Below are positions 19,148 through 28,605 of a stretch of DNA of 64,000 bases, piece by piece (position 1 is the stretch's first letter; each line of letters starts with the position of its first letter). Origin of the DNA: a virus. A program made the translations under genes and the position numbers. The notes under the pieces were generated by a model, which worked only from the letters and a program-made list of their open reading frames with translations, was not told where the DNA came from and made no database searches. Location of the stretch: IMG/VR virus record IMGVR_UViG_3300021961_010841, positions 4,343 through 68,342 of that record, one strand, 5' to 3'.

Positions 19148-19784
19148 AATAATTTTTAACGTATTCGTCGGAAGCAAAACTCCATCCGGTCACGCAGGGT
19201 CTGTTGCCACTGCATGGTTCGACCATATGTGCCAATCCAACTCTCATCACTACACACTTGTTCTTTTGTGGTTTGATCGACAACGGACCTGCAAATCGCA
19301 CTTGAACTTTTTGCATCATTTCGCTGAATCCTTCTGTCATCATTTCCATGCACTGTGTTTTGTCTGGTATCACAAGGTCACCATCGGGTTCGTCGGACAG
19401 GTACAGCATGAAAACTACATCACCGAACAATTCAGGTGATTCTGTGTGTAGATCATACTTGCTCACCTTGGGATTAAATGTTTTGAAAAAATAGTTCAGT
19501 GGTGAAAGATCTTTTGTGAGTGCAGTTTTGCCAAGCACAGGCTCGTACAGTGTGTTTAATTTGTCTATTATATAAGTCCTATACTCCTCGATGTGTCTGA
19601 GATCGTTCAGCACATTGTAATTGTAGTAAGTTTTTCCAACCAAGTGTTTGGCATCCGCACCATCCAAAGTTTTTCCTTGCGTGTTTGACATTTGAACAAG
19701 TATTTCATCCACCATCTCATCTGGTAAAAAGTCGTCACACTGCCATATCTCGTTGGATATGATCTCTTGCCAATTATCTTTCAT
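19137..19784 (-). CDS. 2OG-Fe(II) oxygenase
   Basis: LHTE...MLYLSD..GDL...HMVEP...R.CVTGW; start at ATG 19784. Confidence 0.7.
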   Translation of the reverse strand: MKDNWQEIISNEIWQCDDFLPDEMVDEILVQMSNTQGKTLDGADAKHLVGKTYYNYNVLNDLRHIEEYRTYIIDKLNTLYEPVLGKTALTKDLSPLNYFFKTFNPKVSKYDLHTESPELFGDVVFMLYLSDEPDGDLVIPDKTQCMEMMTEGFSEMMQKVQVRFAGPLSIKPQKNKCVVMRVGLAHMVEPCSGNRPCVTGWSFASDEYVKNYSKN

Positions 19785-21552
19785 GTGCAATCGCCAAGGC
19801 CTCCTGTGGTTTGATCCGTGCATCTGTGCCATACATGCTCATGTCAAAATCCGTCTTCCATTCTGCAACATCCTGTTCCACCAACTCTCTTGGATACACC
19901 TGACTGAGATCTTCAATGAATTGATCCTTGTTGTGCCAGAACTGGTATATTTCATCCGAACGCAGGCATCTTGAAAAGTACAGATATGTGGCGAGATCTT
20001 TTACTTCTGTCCTTGGTTCGTCCTTGAATATGTTCTTTATGATAGCACGATTCTTTTCCACCAATTGTCGCATGAAAGGCATCTTGTCCAAGTGCTGATA
20101 GAACCAAGTGATCTGGAATTTGATGTCATGCTGTGTGTCATGCAGGCTCTTCATGGTCAGGTTCAATGCCCTCGAATTATGGAAGTTGTGATAGAACCAC
20201 CAGTAGTCGAACATACGCACCACCTCATCCAAATTGTAGGAACTGCACTCGTGCATGATCTCGATTTCTTCGAATTCGTATGTGCTTCTTTCATCCCTGT
20301 ACTCCGGATCTGTGTGAAGTTTCTTGTAACCAAGTCCACTGAATGAGTACGGAAAAGCCAATACCTTTGATTTGACTCTGTTCTTGGTTTTGAATTCTTT
20401 GGTGTATATTTCTGTGTTGGGCACAAGATTAAGGAAGTATGTACGCATGAAATCGATGCCCAGCTCGTAATCCTTTTGCAGTGTGTACAACCAAGAGTCT
20501 GCTGTTTCACCTGGCAGTGCTATGATCATTTCCGACGTCACTGGCAAGCCTTTCTGTTTGAATGACTCTATCAATGGAATCAACTTGTCGTTCTTGATGT
20601 TGGCACGATTTATGGTTTCCAATGTTTTTTCTGAGTGTGTTTGGAAACTCACTTTTAGGTTGCGTTGGTCAGCATCAAGGTCATGATGGATGATGTCTAT
20701 TATCTCAGGCAACCATTTGGATCCATTTTTTGCAAGACCGGAGTAGGATATCTTGGGATTGTTTCCCGTGGCATCCTTGTGCTGTTTCATCTGTTTGACC
20801 ACTTCAAGATCTCGCTCCAGCATGCCAAAGTTCGCGTCAAGTATCTCCAATTCGGCGATGTTTTTCCTGTTGTATATAAAGTCCAGTTGTTCATACACCC
20901 TGTCCAAATCAAATTTTGTGACTTTTGATCTCGCCTGTCCGCCCCAGTCACAGAATGCACACTTGTAGGGGCATCCCCGATTGGTCTCGAAAGATGCCTT
21001 GACTCGTTTCTCTTCCGCCAGTATGGAATCGAACACGCCATCTATGTAGGGTGTGGGCATCTCTTCTGGTGCTATCTGATACAACTTCCTGCCAACTTGA
21101 ACATTGTTCCATGTCCTGCCAAATGATCCTTGATGCGTGTGCAACGGTTGGTCCATGTTCAGCAGGAACTCGCTGATCAATTTTTCTCCAGGACCCACCC
21201 AAAATATGTCGACCCATGGCCTTTCATCTGCGAACTGCTGGGCCAACTCCGGATCCTCCGGCACATTGGGTCCACCGTACATGGTGATGCCGCCGGGGTT
21301 GATCGACTTGTAGTGTTGCATGAGTTGATCGTTGTAGGATTGGTTCCACACATAACAGGTGAGACCAAACACACCGGACTCTTGGAATATGTTGTTGTAT
21401 TCTTCCATAGGTCTGTACTTGTACAATGGATCATTGAACGTGAACTTGGATTTGATTTGAGGAATCTTGTTGCAGTAACTGATCAGGCATGCGGAAGCGT
21501 AGGGCAACCAAGTTTCGTGTATGACTGATATGGTTCCTAACTGTACTCGCAT
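19774..21552 (-). CDS. cobalamin-binding radical SAM protein
   Basis: N-terminal B12 domain (YVWN, GGP, GPGE), ETNRGCPYKCAFCDW, DANFG, IIALPGET; start at ATG 21552. Confidence 0.88.
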   Translation of the reverse strand: MRVQLGTISVIHETWLPYASACLISYCNKIPQIKSKFTFNDPLYKYRPMEEYNNIFQESGVFGLTCYVWNQSYNDQLMQHYKSINPGGITMYGGPNVPEDPELAQQFADERPWVDIFWVGPGEKLISEFLLNMDQPLHTHQGSFGRTWNNVQVGRKLYQIAPEEMPTPYIDGVFDSILAEEKRVKASFETNRGCPYKCAFCDWGGQARSKVTKFDLDRVYEQLDFIYNRKNIAELEILDANFGMLERDLEVVKQMKQHKDATGNNPKISYSGLAKNGSKWLPEIIDIIHHDLDADQRNLKVSFQTHSEKTLETINRANIKNDKLIPLIESFKQKGLPVTSEMIIALPGETADSWLYTLQKDYELGIDFMRTYFLNLVPNTEIYTKEFKTKNRVKSKVLAFPYSFSGLGYKKLHTDPEYRDERSTYEFEEIEIMHECSSYNLDEVVRMFDYWWFYHNFHNSRALNLTMKSLHDTQHDIKFQITWFYQHLDKMPFMRQLVEKNRAIIKNIFKDEPRTEVKDLATYLYFSRCLRSDEIYQFWHNKDQFIEDLSQVYPRELVEQDVAEWKTDFDMSMYGTDARIKPQEALAIAHER

Positions 21553-22154
21553 TGTAAGATTTCTTCCACTGGTATGTCTTGCCCTGTGTGGTTGTGTTTT
21601 ATCACAGATTTGATAGGATTCCATGTGTATTTTGGATCTATGTAGTATGAGTATATGAACTGCAACATGTCTGACTTGGGCGAATCATGAAACAACAAAT
21701 TTGTTTCCAACTTTAGTTGTACATAGTCTTTGTCATCGAACCATTTGTCATCTTTGGTGAACACATATCTCCTCTTGTGTTGGTACAGACTATTCTTTGC
21801 TTTGTCCTTGACGTCGCAGGTCCAATAGTAGTGCTTGTAACCCTGTTGCCTTCCCCATTCGATCTGCTTCTTCATCATCTTGAACCCATATCGACCGTGC
21901 CTGTGGGCCTTGAGGATGTGATATCTGCAAGCTCTCAACGATTCGGGAGTACCCGTTATGTGGCTTTCCTGTGCGTACGAAACGCTGACGACCTTGCCAT
22001 CGACCACAGCCATCCATATGCTACCTTGGATGTTGTCCAGGTCCATTTTGTTCTTGTAGAATGTTTGTTCACTGCCTTCCTTCATGGCCTGTGCCACAAA
22101 CTCTGTGATGTGTGATTTCCAATCAGGACTATACTGTATGATCTCTTCGGACAT
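21537..22154 (-). CDS. GNAT-family acetyltransferase-like protein
   Basis: VDGKVV and HRHGRYG acetyl-CoA motif A-like. Confidence 0.6.
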   Translation of the reverse strand: MSEEIIQYSPDWKSHITEFVAQAMKEGSEQTFYKNKMDLDNIQGSIWMAVVDGKVVSVSYAQESHITGTPESLRACRYHILKAHRHGRYGFKMMKKQIEWGRQQGYKHYYWTCDVKDKAKNSLYQHKRRYVFTKDDKWFDDKDYVQLKLETNLLFHDSPKSDMLQFIYSYYIDPKYTWNPIKSVIKHNHTGQDIPVEEILQCEYS

Positions 22155-22186
22155 TTAACAATTATAAACGATTTAGTTGGATATTT

Positions 22187-22441
22187 CTATCTTTTTATTG
22201 TCGCACCAAAGAAAGAAACATTAGAGTCCAGTGCGTTGTCTGTTGGTTTTTGTTTTTTTGGTTTTGGTTGTGGGGGAGATTTTGTGCCTGATTTACCCGG
22301 CGAACCTATGTAAGATTTCTTACCTCTGGCCGGTCCTGGTGATAGATGGGGGTTGACCACTGAGGCTATGTTGCCGGAAGAAGTCGCGCCTGCTGTGGCT
22401 TGCTCGGATACTTTACGTTCAAAAATTTCTCTCATCTTCAT
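22187..22441 (-). CDS. small late protein (MKMREIFE...)
   Basis: CTS-like start; VSE/QATAGATSSGNIA low-complexity basic module. Confidence 0.7.
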   Translation of the reverse strand: MKMREIFERKVSEQATAGATSSGNIASVVNPHLSPGPARGKKSYIGSPGKSGTKSPPQPKPKKQKPTDNALDSNVSFFGATIKR

Positions 22442-22445
22442 ACTG

Positions 22446-22646
22446 TTACTTATTCCTTCCAGATTTCATGTTGGCGCACCAGTGATACATTTTCGCTCGT
22501 TCACCTGATGCTTTTTTAGCTTTTGCCCTCAATGATGTCACAGAACCCTTGCAGGATGCACCTGCTCGCTTCACTCTGCCCGGACGACTTTTACCCTTTT
22601 TTTTACCGTCAGCAAAGTTTTCTGCAATAATTTCTTGAATCTTCAT
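22446..22646 (-). CDS. small basic two-Cys late protein (MKIQEIIAE...)
   Basis: TAAATA 6 nt upstream; N-terminus close to T4 CTS MKTYQEFIAE. Confidence 0.78.
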   Translation of the reverse strand: MKIQEIIAENFADGKKKGKSRPGRVKRAGASCKGSVTSLRAKAKKASGERAKMYHWCANMKSGRNK

Positions 22647-22662
22647 TTAATATATTTACTGT

Positions 22663-23646
22663 TTAAGGTTTGACACCGCTGATGCATGAATTACACATTT
22701 GAGATTTTTTTTGTGACCAAACATCATCTATGGTATTTTTAAAAAATTCTCCTTGGAAAATTTCCTCAAAAGTCATGACATTTAGATCATTTTCGATGTT
22801 AGGAAAAGTCCATATGTCATCATAATTTGCTTTAGTGACAGGTTGTTCACTGGTATAGCAACAAGGCCAAATTTTTCCGTTGCTGTCGATCTGTACGAAT
22901 CTTGTGGACAACCATGGACAGATATTAATTACATTATCATTGTCGAACTCATTCACGTCTATAAAAGTATTATCACCAAGAATGCTTTCAATTTCTTCTT
23001 GGCTCACAGCAACGCAGTCATGGCTGGGCATATCTCTGTAATTTTTGGCATACAGTCGATCACTGTATGATTCTCTGGTTGAAAAAGTTTTACAATTTAA
23101 TTCCAAAGCAAGTTTCTTTGTCTCTAAGATTTGATGTTTGTTGTGTTGGAAAACAGTCATCCACCATTCCGACATTCCTCCAGCACTGTTGAATGCTTCT
23201 AAATTTTTGATTATGTTAGACCATTTTGTGCCCCTACGATACAAATGGTTGGTGTCTTCCAACCCATCGATGCCCCAAATTAAACTATGTTCATCAAACT
23301 GTGATAAAAGCACTCCAAACTTAGACCAAAATTCAGGATTTCTTATGCTACCATTAGTATGAATTTCTATGTACAAGTTTTTAGGAAGTAGTTCCACCAT
23401 TTGATATATCTTTGGATGCATCAAAGGATCGCCGAACATACCATTCAAACTTATTATTTTTACTTTCTGTGTGAAAAAATCATCATTTAATATTTTTTTC
23501 CAAAGGTCAAGATCTATGTGTTTTAAATTTAATTCTGGGATGGTTTCGCCACCCTTGTAGTTCCTACCACAACCTGGACAAAAGGCGTTACAGTATGAAG
23601 TTATTTCAATTTGCAGTGAGTTGACTATGGAAGAATAATCAGCCAT
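22663..23646 (-). CDS. radical SAM/SPASM protein
   Basis: CNAFCPGC, HTNG, GIDG, C-terminal WPCC...CNSC. Confidence 0.88.
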   Translation of the reverse strand: MADYSSIVNSLQIEITSYCNAFCPGCGRNYKGGETIPELNLKHIDLDLWKKILNDDFFTQKVKIISLNGMFGDPLMHPKIYQMVELLPKNLYIEIHTNGSIRNPEFWSKFGVLLSQFDEHSLIWGIDGLEDTNHLYRRGTKWSNIIKNLEAFNSAGGMSEWWMTVFQHNKHQILETKKLALELNCKTFSTRESYSDRLYAKNYRDMPSHDCVAVSQEEIESILGDNTFIDVNEFDNDNVINICPWLSTRFVQIDSNGKIWPCCYTSEQPVTKANYDDIWTFPNIENDLNVMTFEEIFQGEFFKNTIDDVWSQKKSQMCNSCISGVKP

Positions 23647-23650
23647 ATTT

Positions 23651-24322
23651 TTATTTTTGTAAGCCTGGGTAAAGTTTTTTACAAAATTCTATCAATTGAT
23701 CCGACCATTGAATATGACCTTGCGAGTTGGGGTGCCTGTCATCAAGGCTGACCCTTAATCCATTCTCGTTGACGAAATCCAATTGGCTGGTGGTTGGGTT
23801 GTAGACGTGATTCCAATCAATGGATTTGTGCAAAACATCGTGATCCTGGAAACTGGTGTCGATCTCAGATGGAAGTCCATGATACATCACATACTTGATG
23901 TTGTTGTGTTTGAAATATGTTTGGAGATTCAACATGGTGTTCAGCATGAACAGTGAATGATCTTGGTCCAGATCATATCCTGGTTGGGTCTTGATGAATT
24001 TAATTTCGTTTATCGTTTGCCAAGTCCTCCATGTGGTGGATTGCTGTGGGTGTGGTTTCCAGTGGTCGTTGGTTGGATAATCTCTCCTGAAGGGTGACGT
24101 CCATTCTATCAGTGCCAGCGTGTTGGGTTTGAATTTAGGGTAGGTTTCGAAGAATATTTTTGTGACCACATCTATCCTGTAGTTGCCCCTGCCTCCTCGT
24201 GCAAAGTGATGCAGTTTCAAACCAAAATGATCACTCAATATCTGTCCAGGAAACTCCTTTATGTAGGCCTTTCCGTTGGTGGTATTGAATGAACATCCAT
24301 TTGAATATAGGTCAGTAATCAT
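23651..24322 (-). CDS. SGNH/GDSL-like protein
   Basis: NGCSF, GRGN, DDRHP; start at ATG 24322. Confidence 0.65.
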   Translation of the reverse strand: MITDLYSNGCSFNTTNGKAYIKEFPGQILSDHFGLKLHHFARGGRGNYRIDVVTKIFFETYPKFKPNTLALIEWTSPFRRDYPTNDHWKPHPQQSTTWRTWQTINEIKFIKTQPGYDLDQDHSLFMLNTMLNLQTYFKHNNIKYVMYHGLPSEIDTSFQDHDVLHKSIDWNHVYNPTTSQLDFVNENGLRVSLDDRHPNSQGHIQWSDQLIEFCKKLYPGLQK

Positions 24323-24338
24323 TGCTATAATTATATGT

Positions 24339-24947
24339 ATGACGGGAAAACGCTTTGTAGATGCTGTTTTGAACACACCGATAGACAGCACACCTTGGGA
24401 TCATCAAATAGTCCAAGACACCCTGCCAGATCTTATGTTCCAACAGTTAGTGGATCAATGCAAACAATTTTTGGACATGGAAACTGATGGCCAACTCAAG
24501 TTCATCATGCCCGAGGATTTCACCGGATATGGCATAACCTTGTATGACGAAATCCGAGACGTGGCTCAACACATTTATGACAACGCAAAGGCATTGACCA
24601 AAGGATTGTACTACAAGCCACGTTGGTATCCCGACCACACTGTGTATGCCTACATCTCGATCACACCACCACTGCCCTATCGTTTTGAAATACACGAAGA
24701 AAAACAATCCAAATTCTGGAGCAGTGTGACTTACATCACTCCCCAGAAAAATGTTGGAACCAAGATGTATGAAACCAAAGACCCCAGCACATTTGTGAAG
24801 GAATCACCTTGGGTTCCAAACTCAACATTTGTGTTCTGTGGCAAGAAAGGCAACACCTGGCATTCATATGAAAGCAGTCAAACTTCAAATAGAATCACAC
24901 TCAATTTTTTCTTGATGGATGCCCAGGGTGGAAGATATCTAATCTAA
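24339..24947 (+). CDS. 2OG-Fe(II) oxygenase
   Basis: IHEE...GTKMY...TWHSY...RITLN; start at ATG 24339. Confidence 0.7.
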   Translation: MTGKRFVDAVLNTPIDSTPWDHQIVQDTLPDLMFQQLVDQCKQFLDMETDGQLKFIMPEDFTGYGITLYDEIRDVAQHIYDNAKALTKGLYYKPRWYPDHTVYAYISITPPLPYRFEIHEEKQSKFWSSVTYITPQKNVGTKMYETKDPSTFVKESPWVPNSTFVFCGKKGNTWHSYESSQTSNRITLNFFLMDAQGGRYLI

Positions 24948-25111
24948 CTTACAGATTTTGATTTGGTTGAACTGCCTGACTGACGTTTTTTCCTACCAGC
25001 ACAATGAGCTCGCTGTGAAAATCCTTTTGGATTAGAACAATTTATTGATTTCTTGTACTTCTTGGTCCATGCCTCTAACAGTTCAACTGTGTAGAGTTCG
25101 GCAAGATGCAT
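24944..25111 (-). CDS. small basic two-Cys protein (55 aa), missing from the ORF track
   Basis: MHLAELYTVELLEAWTKKYKKSINCSNPKGFSQRAHCAGRKKRQSGSSTKSKSVS; TAATG coupling to upstream gene. Confidence 0.75.
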   Translation of the reverse strand: MHLAELYTVELLEAWTKKYKKSINCSNPKGFSQRAHCAGRKKRQSGSSTKSKSVS

Positions 25112-26943
25112 TACTTTTTATCTTTGTCTTTGAGTGCTTTTTTCATTGGCTCTTTTTTATCGCCATCTTTGTCAACATCAAGGAAATCAGGTTTTGCTTT
25201 TTTAGCCTCGTTGGTTTCGCCTTTAAGTTCTGCTTGAACCCTGTCCCAGATGTAGGCATACTTTTCGCTATGTGTTTTGATGAACTCTTGTTTGCTCATG
25301 TCAGCGGCATCAGCTTCCATATCCAGCATCCAGTCTTTGACTCTGCCTTCTTTGAATAATTCATATTCTTTGTTAAGTTGTTTGGCAATTTCTTCAATGG
25401 CTTCCAGTGGATTGTCTCCCTGTTTGGCAGATGCTGATCCCATTTTTGAATTTGGAACTTTGTTTCTTTTTAATTCATAGTCATCTTTGTCCAACATCTT
25501 TTCATCTGGAGCATTATCAAATGCTTCTGCTTCTGGTTCATCCATCGGCACATCCATTGGCTCTTCGCCTGGAATTTCCGCAGGCACATCTGGAGTCATA
25601 TCCGGAGCAGGAGCATTCATTGAGGGTGATTGTTGAATGTTCATCTGCTGTGGATCAAGTCCAGCATTTTTTAGTATGGTCATAAGGGCGATTGAATCTT
25701 CCAATGAATCGGTTTGGACTCTGATACCCTCGTTCAGCTTCTTTTTGTTTGTGTCAGTCATTGTTGATTCTCCTATTGACTCTTTGCTCGGTTTACCGTG
25801 CTTGTTGTGTTGAGCCCAGGCAATGGCATATGGTGCCCCTGGGTCATCAAATTTTTTCTTGAGTTTCTTAACTTGTTTTTCTCTGCCTGGAGGAGCTTTC
25901 TCGCCCATTTCTTCTTCACCTTGGTCGTCACTCCTACGCTCACCTTCCATGTAAGCGTGTAACATTTTGATGGTCTCATGAACACCGCTCAGTTTGTTCT
26001 GGAACCATTCTGGAAACTCTCCGCCTGCTTTGACGTTGTCTTCGATTTCGTCCACAGCATATTTGATGAAAGCAATCTGATTGTCCACCATTTCCGCTTC
26101 TGGTCGAGACGCTGGTTGATCATATTCATCATCGTCTTCTTCAACGCTTTCGCCCATGTCACCCAACCAGTGTAAACTAACTTCTGCTCTGAATGGTCTG
26201 CCATCCACAGTTTCTTTATTGTAATAGTCATTAGGTGTTGAGTCATAATAAAAATTAGTATCTAAGTTTTTGCTTTTTAAATAATCTGCTATGGCTTTTT
26301 TGATGTCATCTTCTGAATATTTTTCAGAAGCATACAATTCGCCTATTACCCTTGGATCTTCATCTATGTCATCGGCATTGTCGCCACGTTGTACAATAAG
26401 AATGTTGTCTTCATCTCTGACACCTGATAATAATTCTGTTTCCTCATCACCCATTTCGTTGATGATGTCTTCTGCTATGCCAAAACCCACAACATCGTCG
26501 CCTAAAATCTTTGCCGCTTCTCTGCAATTGTCTTCGTCAATTTCAGACACACCCATTGCTTTCTTGTAGTCTTCTTGCATGGCATGTGTGATGGGCAACA
26601 TTTTGGCAAATTTTTCTGGATTAGCAAATAGATCTTGTTCTGCTTCGTCTCTGTCACCGCCCATGGCTTCAACTGCCTTTGCAAATTCGTTGGCTTCTAC
26701 ACCGTCAGTCAAAATTCCTGTGTCTATGTAGGCCTTCAACATGCCTGCTGGCAACTCATCTGCGTTGACACCTTCATATTTTTTATATTTGTTGAACCAA
26801 TCTCGGAGTGCTGACTTGTCCACTGCTTCTGTGGTTGTTTCTCTGTTGTTGATGTAATCTTGATATGTGATCGGCTGTTCTACTACATTGATAGCACTGA
26901 GAGCCTTCTTGAAAAAATCAATTGTGTGGTTGTGGTCTGACAT
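25111..26943 (-). CDS. acidic modular late protein, probable internal head protein
   Basis: TAAATA 5 nt upstream; many x-x-E junctions; C-terminal DVDKDGD EF-hand-like loop. Confidence 0.75.
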   Translation of the reverse strand: MSDHNHTIDFFKKALSAINVVEQPITYQDYINNRETTTEAVDKSALRDWFNKYKKYEGVNADELPAGMLKAYIDTGILTDGVEANEFAKAVEAMGGDRDEAEQDLFANPEKFAKMLPITHAMQEDYKKAMGVSEIDEDNCREAAKILGDDVVGFGIAEDIINEMGDEETELLSGVRDEDNILIVQRGDNADDIDEDPRVIGELYASEKYSEDDIKKAIADYLKSKNLDTNFYYDSTPNDYYNKETVDGRPFRAEVSLHWLGDMGESVEEDDDEYDQPASRPEAEMVDNQIAFIKYAVDEIEDNVKAGGEFPEWFQNKLSGVHETIKMLHAYMEGERRSDDQGEEEMGEKAPPGREKQVKKLKKKFDDPGAPYAIAWAQHNKHGKPSKESIGESTMTDTNKKKLNEGIRVQTDSLEDSIALMTILKNAGLDPQQMNIQQSPSMNAPAPDMTPDVPAEIPGEEPMDVPMDEPEAEAFDNAPDEKMLDKDDYELKRNKVPNSKMGSASAKQGDNPLEAIEEIAKQLNKEYELFKEGRVKDWMLDMEADAADMSKQEFIKTHSEKYAYIWDRVQAELKGETNEAKKAKPDFLDVDKDGDKKEPMKKALKDKDKK

Positions 26944-26971
26944 AAAGGTATTTATTAGCCGTGCTCTGTGA

Positions 26972-28042
26972 TTATTCCTGGTCTGATGCTTGTTTTTTCA
27001 TGTATGTAGCAAGGTTTTTGAACAGAGAACCGCCCTCTATGAACAGTCTGTGCCTGCCAGGTCGATGTGACTTCGGTGCAATCATGTTGTACCTCACCAC
27101 CATCAAAAGTCCTGCTTTTGCGCCAAGATTTTTGTCATAAACATATAGTTCGGGTTGTTGTGAAGTTGCAGTTTGTTTCTTGAGTGCAACATCCAAATCG
27201 ACATTTTGTAAGTTTTTCAGCAGTAATTCGAATTTGAGTGTGCTGAACGCTCCATCTTCCACATCAACAAGGATTAAATCGTCGCCCCCGGTCATGGCAG
27301 ACTTGACAAAGTCGATCATATTACCAACAAATTTTCTTTCCTGAGAGTCATTGTCGGCCGCCAACTGTGTCTTGAGCTGTGCCTCGGCTTGTTTGAACAT
27401 GGAAGAAAATTCTTTGGTGGCGCTCTTGGTACGGTCAAATTCTTTGTATCTGGTCACATCGATGTTGACACCGAGATTGCTGAAATACTGCTTTGCTGTC
27501 GCCAACGTGTTGACATCTTTGTTGTCCAGCCTCGGACTGTATGTCTTGGCGCTGATGCCGTGGAGTCTTTTTTGAGAACCGTCCGGTTGCACATATATTA
27601 GTGCCACATCAGTTTTGGATCTTTCACCGCCCATCTGTTTGACGAGCACTTTGTCGGGCTTGCCATTTGTGGCGTATTTCTTGGCCAATTTCACGGAAAC
27701 TTCGTCCGAGTTTGCAAACATGATGTCGCCTGCAAGCTGTCCTACCATCTTCACTAAATTTTCTGGTTCTTGGATGTCTTTGCCCAGCGTTTCTCCGGTG
27801 TCACCTATGACGATCTCTATGGGATCACCTTCCGGGTTCCTGCCAGTGATTCTTCTATCAGGGTTTTTCCTCAACATAGACATCAGTTCTTCTACGTGTT
27901 TTCGCTCAACCGGTGCTTGTCCCCTGAAAAATTTTGCACCAACAGCCAATGCCAGCAACACTTCGTTGAAAACTCCCCTGGTGGTTCCGTGTACCAGCTT
28001 ATTGGATTCGGATTCATTGATGTTGAATTCTTCTAATCTCAC
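26972..28042 (-). CDS. hypothetical protein, possible PD-(D/E)XK nuclease fold
   Basis: GVFNE...KTDV...GISAK; MRLEEF start. Confidence 0.55.
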   Translation of the reverse strand: MRLEEFNINESESNKLVHGTTRGVFNEVLLALAVGAKFFRGQAPVERKHVEELMSMLRKNPDRRITGRNPEGDPIEIVIGDTGETLGKDIQEPENLVKMVGQLAGDIMFANSDEVSVKLAKKYATNGKPDKVLVKQMGGERSKTDVALIYVQPDGSQKRLHGISAKTYSPRLDNKDVNTLATAKQYFSNLGVNIDVTRYKEFDRTKSATKEFSSMFKQAEAQLKTQLAADNDSQERKFVGNMIDFVKSAMTGGDDLILVDVEDGAFSTLKFELLLKNLQNVDLDVALKKQTATSQQPELYVYDKNLGAKAGLLMVVRYNMIAPKSHRPGRHRLFIEGGSLFKNLATYMKKQASDQE

Positions 28043-28164
28043 TTCTTGAGGCCTTTGCTGGGATCACGCACTAATATAACCTTGCCATTTTTGGTCTTTA
28101 CACGATATGGATAACGCAACACAGACGGATGATGTCCCATTTTCACAATCTCTTTCAGTCGCAT
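28039..28164 (-). CDS. small basic late protein (41 aa), missing from the ORF track
   Basis: MRLKEIVKMGHHPSVLRYPYRVKTKNGKVILVRDPSKGLKK; TAAATA 5 nt upstream; stop overlaps next GTG. Confidence 0.6.
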   Translation of the reverse strand: MRLKEIVKMGHHPSVLRYPYRVKTKNGKVILVRDPSKGLKK

Positions 28165-28216
28165 GTGTGTATTTAATTGTGTTTGAAGTCTTAGATCAAA
28201 AAACCATGATGGAAAT

Positions 28217-28224
28217 TATAAATA
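28217..28224 (+). promoter_or_regulatory. T4-type late promoter for the structural operon
   Basis: Perfect TATAAATA; AAGGAG RBS before 28362. Confidence 0.75.
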
Positions 28225-28361
28225 TCTGAGTAATATTGTCATTGGGATATATGAGAACATGGCAGGCATTAAAAAAACGGGCATAGGCCCTTTCTTTTAA
28301 ACACGCTATTCCCATAACCATGTATGACTATACACTATATGACCAAGGAGTATAAGATCAG

Positions 28362-28598
28362 ATGGCTACAAAAAACTTTAGAGTGCATAACGGACTCGAC
28401 ATCGTCGGTACTGATATCAAGATAAACAACGCTGTTATCGTAAAAGATAGCTCTGGCACTTTATTAGTGAGAAATGCTGACGACTCTGCGGCAGCCAATC
28501 TCACAGCAGCTACTGTGGCGGCGAGTAGCGTAACTATAAACGGCATCACAGCGGCTACCACAGACGATGCCACAGCATTAAGCATAGCGTTAGGATAA
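28362..28598 (+). CDS. small virion structural protein
   Basis: Ala/Thr-rich, ends ALSIALG; first gene of late operon. Confidence 0.7.
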   Translation: MATKNFRVHNGLDIVGTDIKINNAVIVKDSSGTLLVRNADDSAAANLTAATVAASSVTINGITAATTDDATALSIALG

Positions 28599-28605
28599 AA
28601 AGGAC

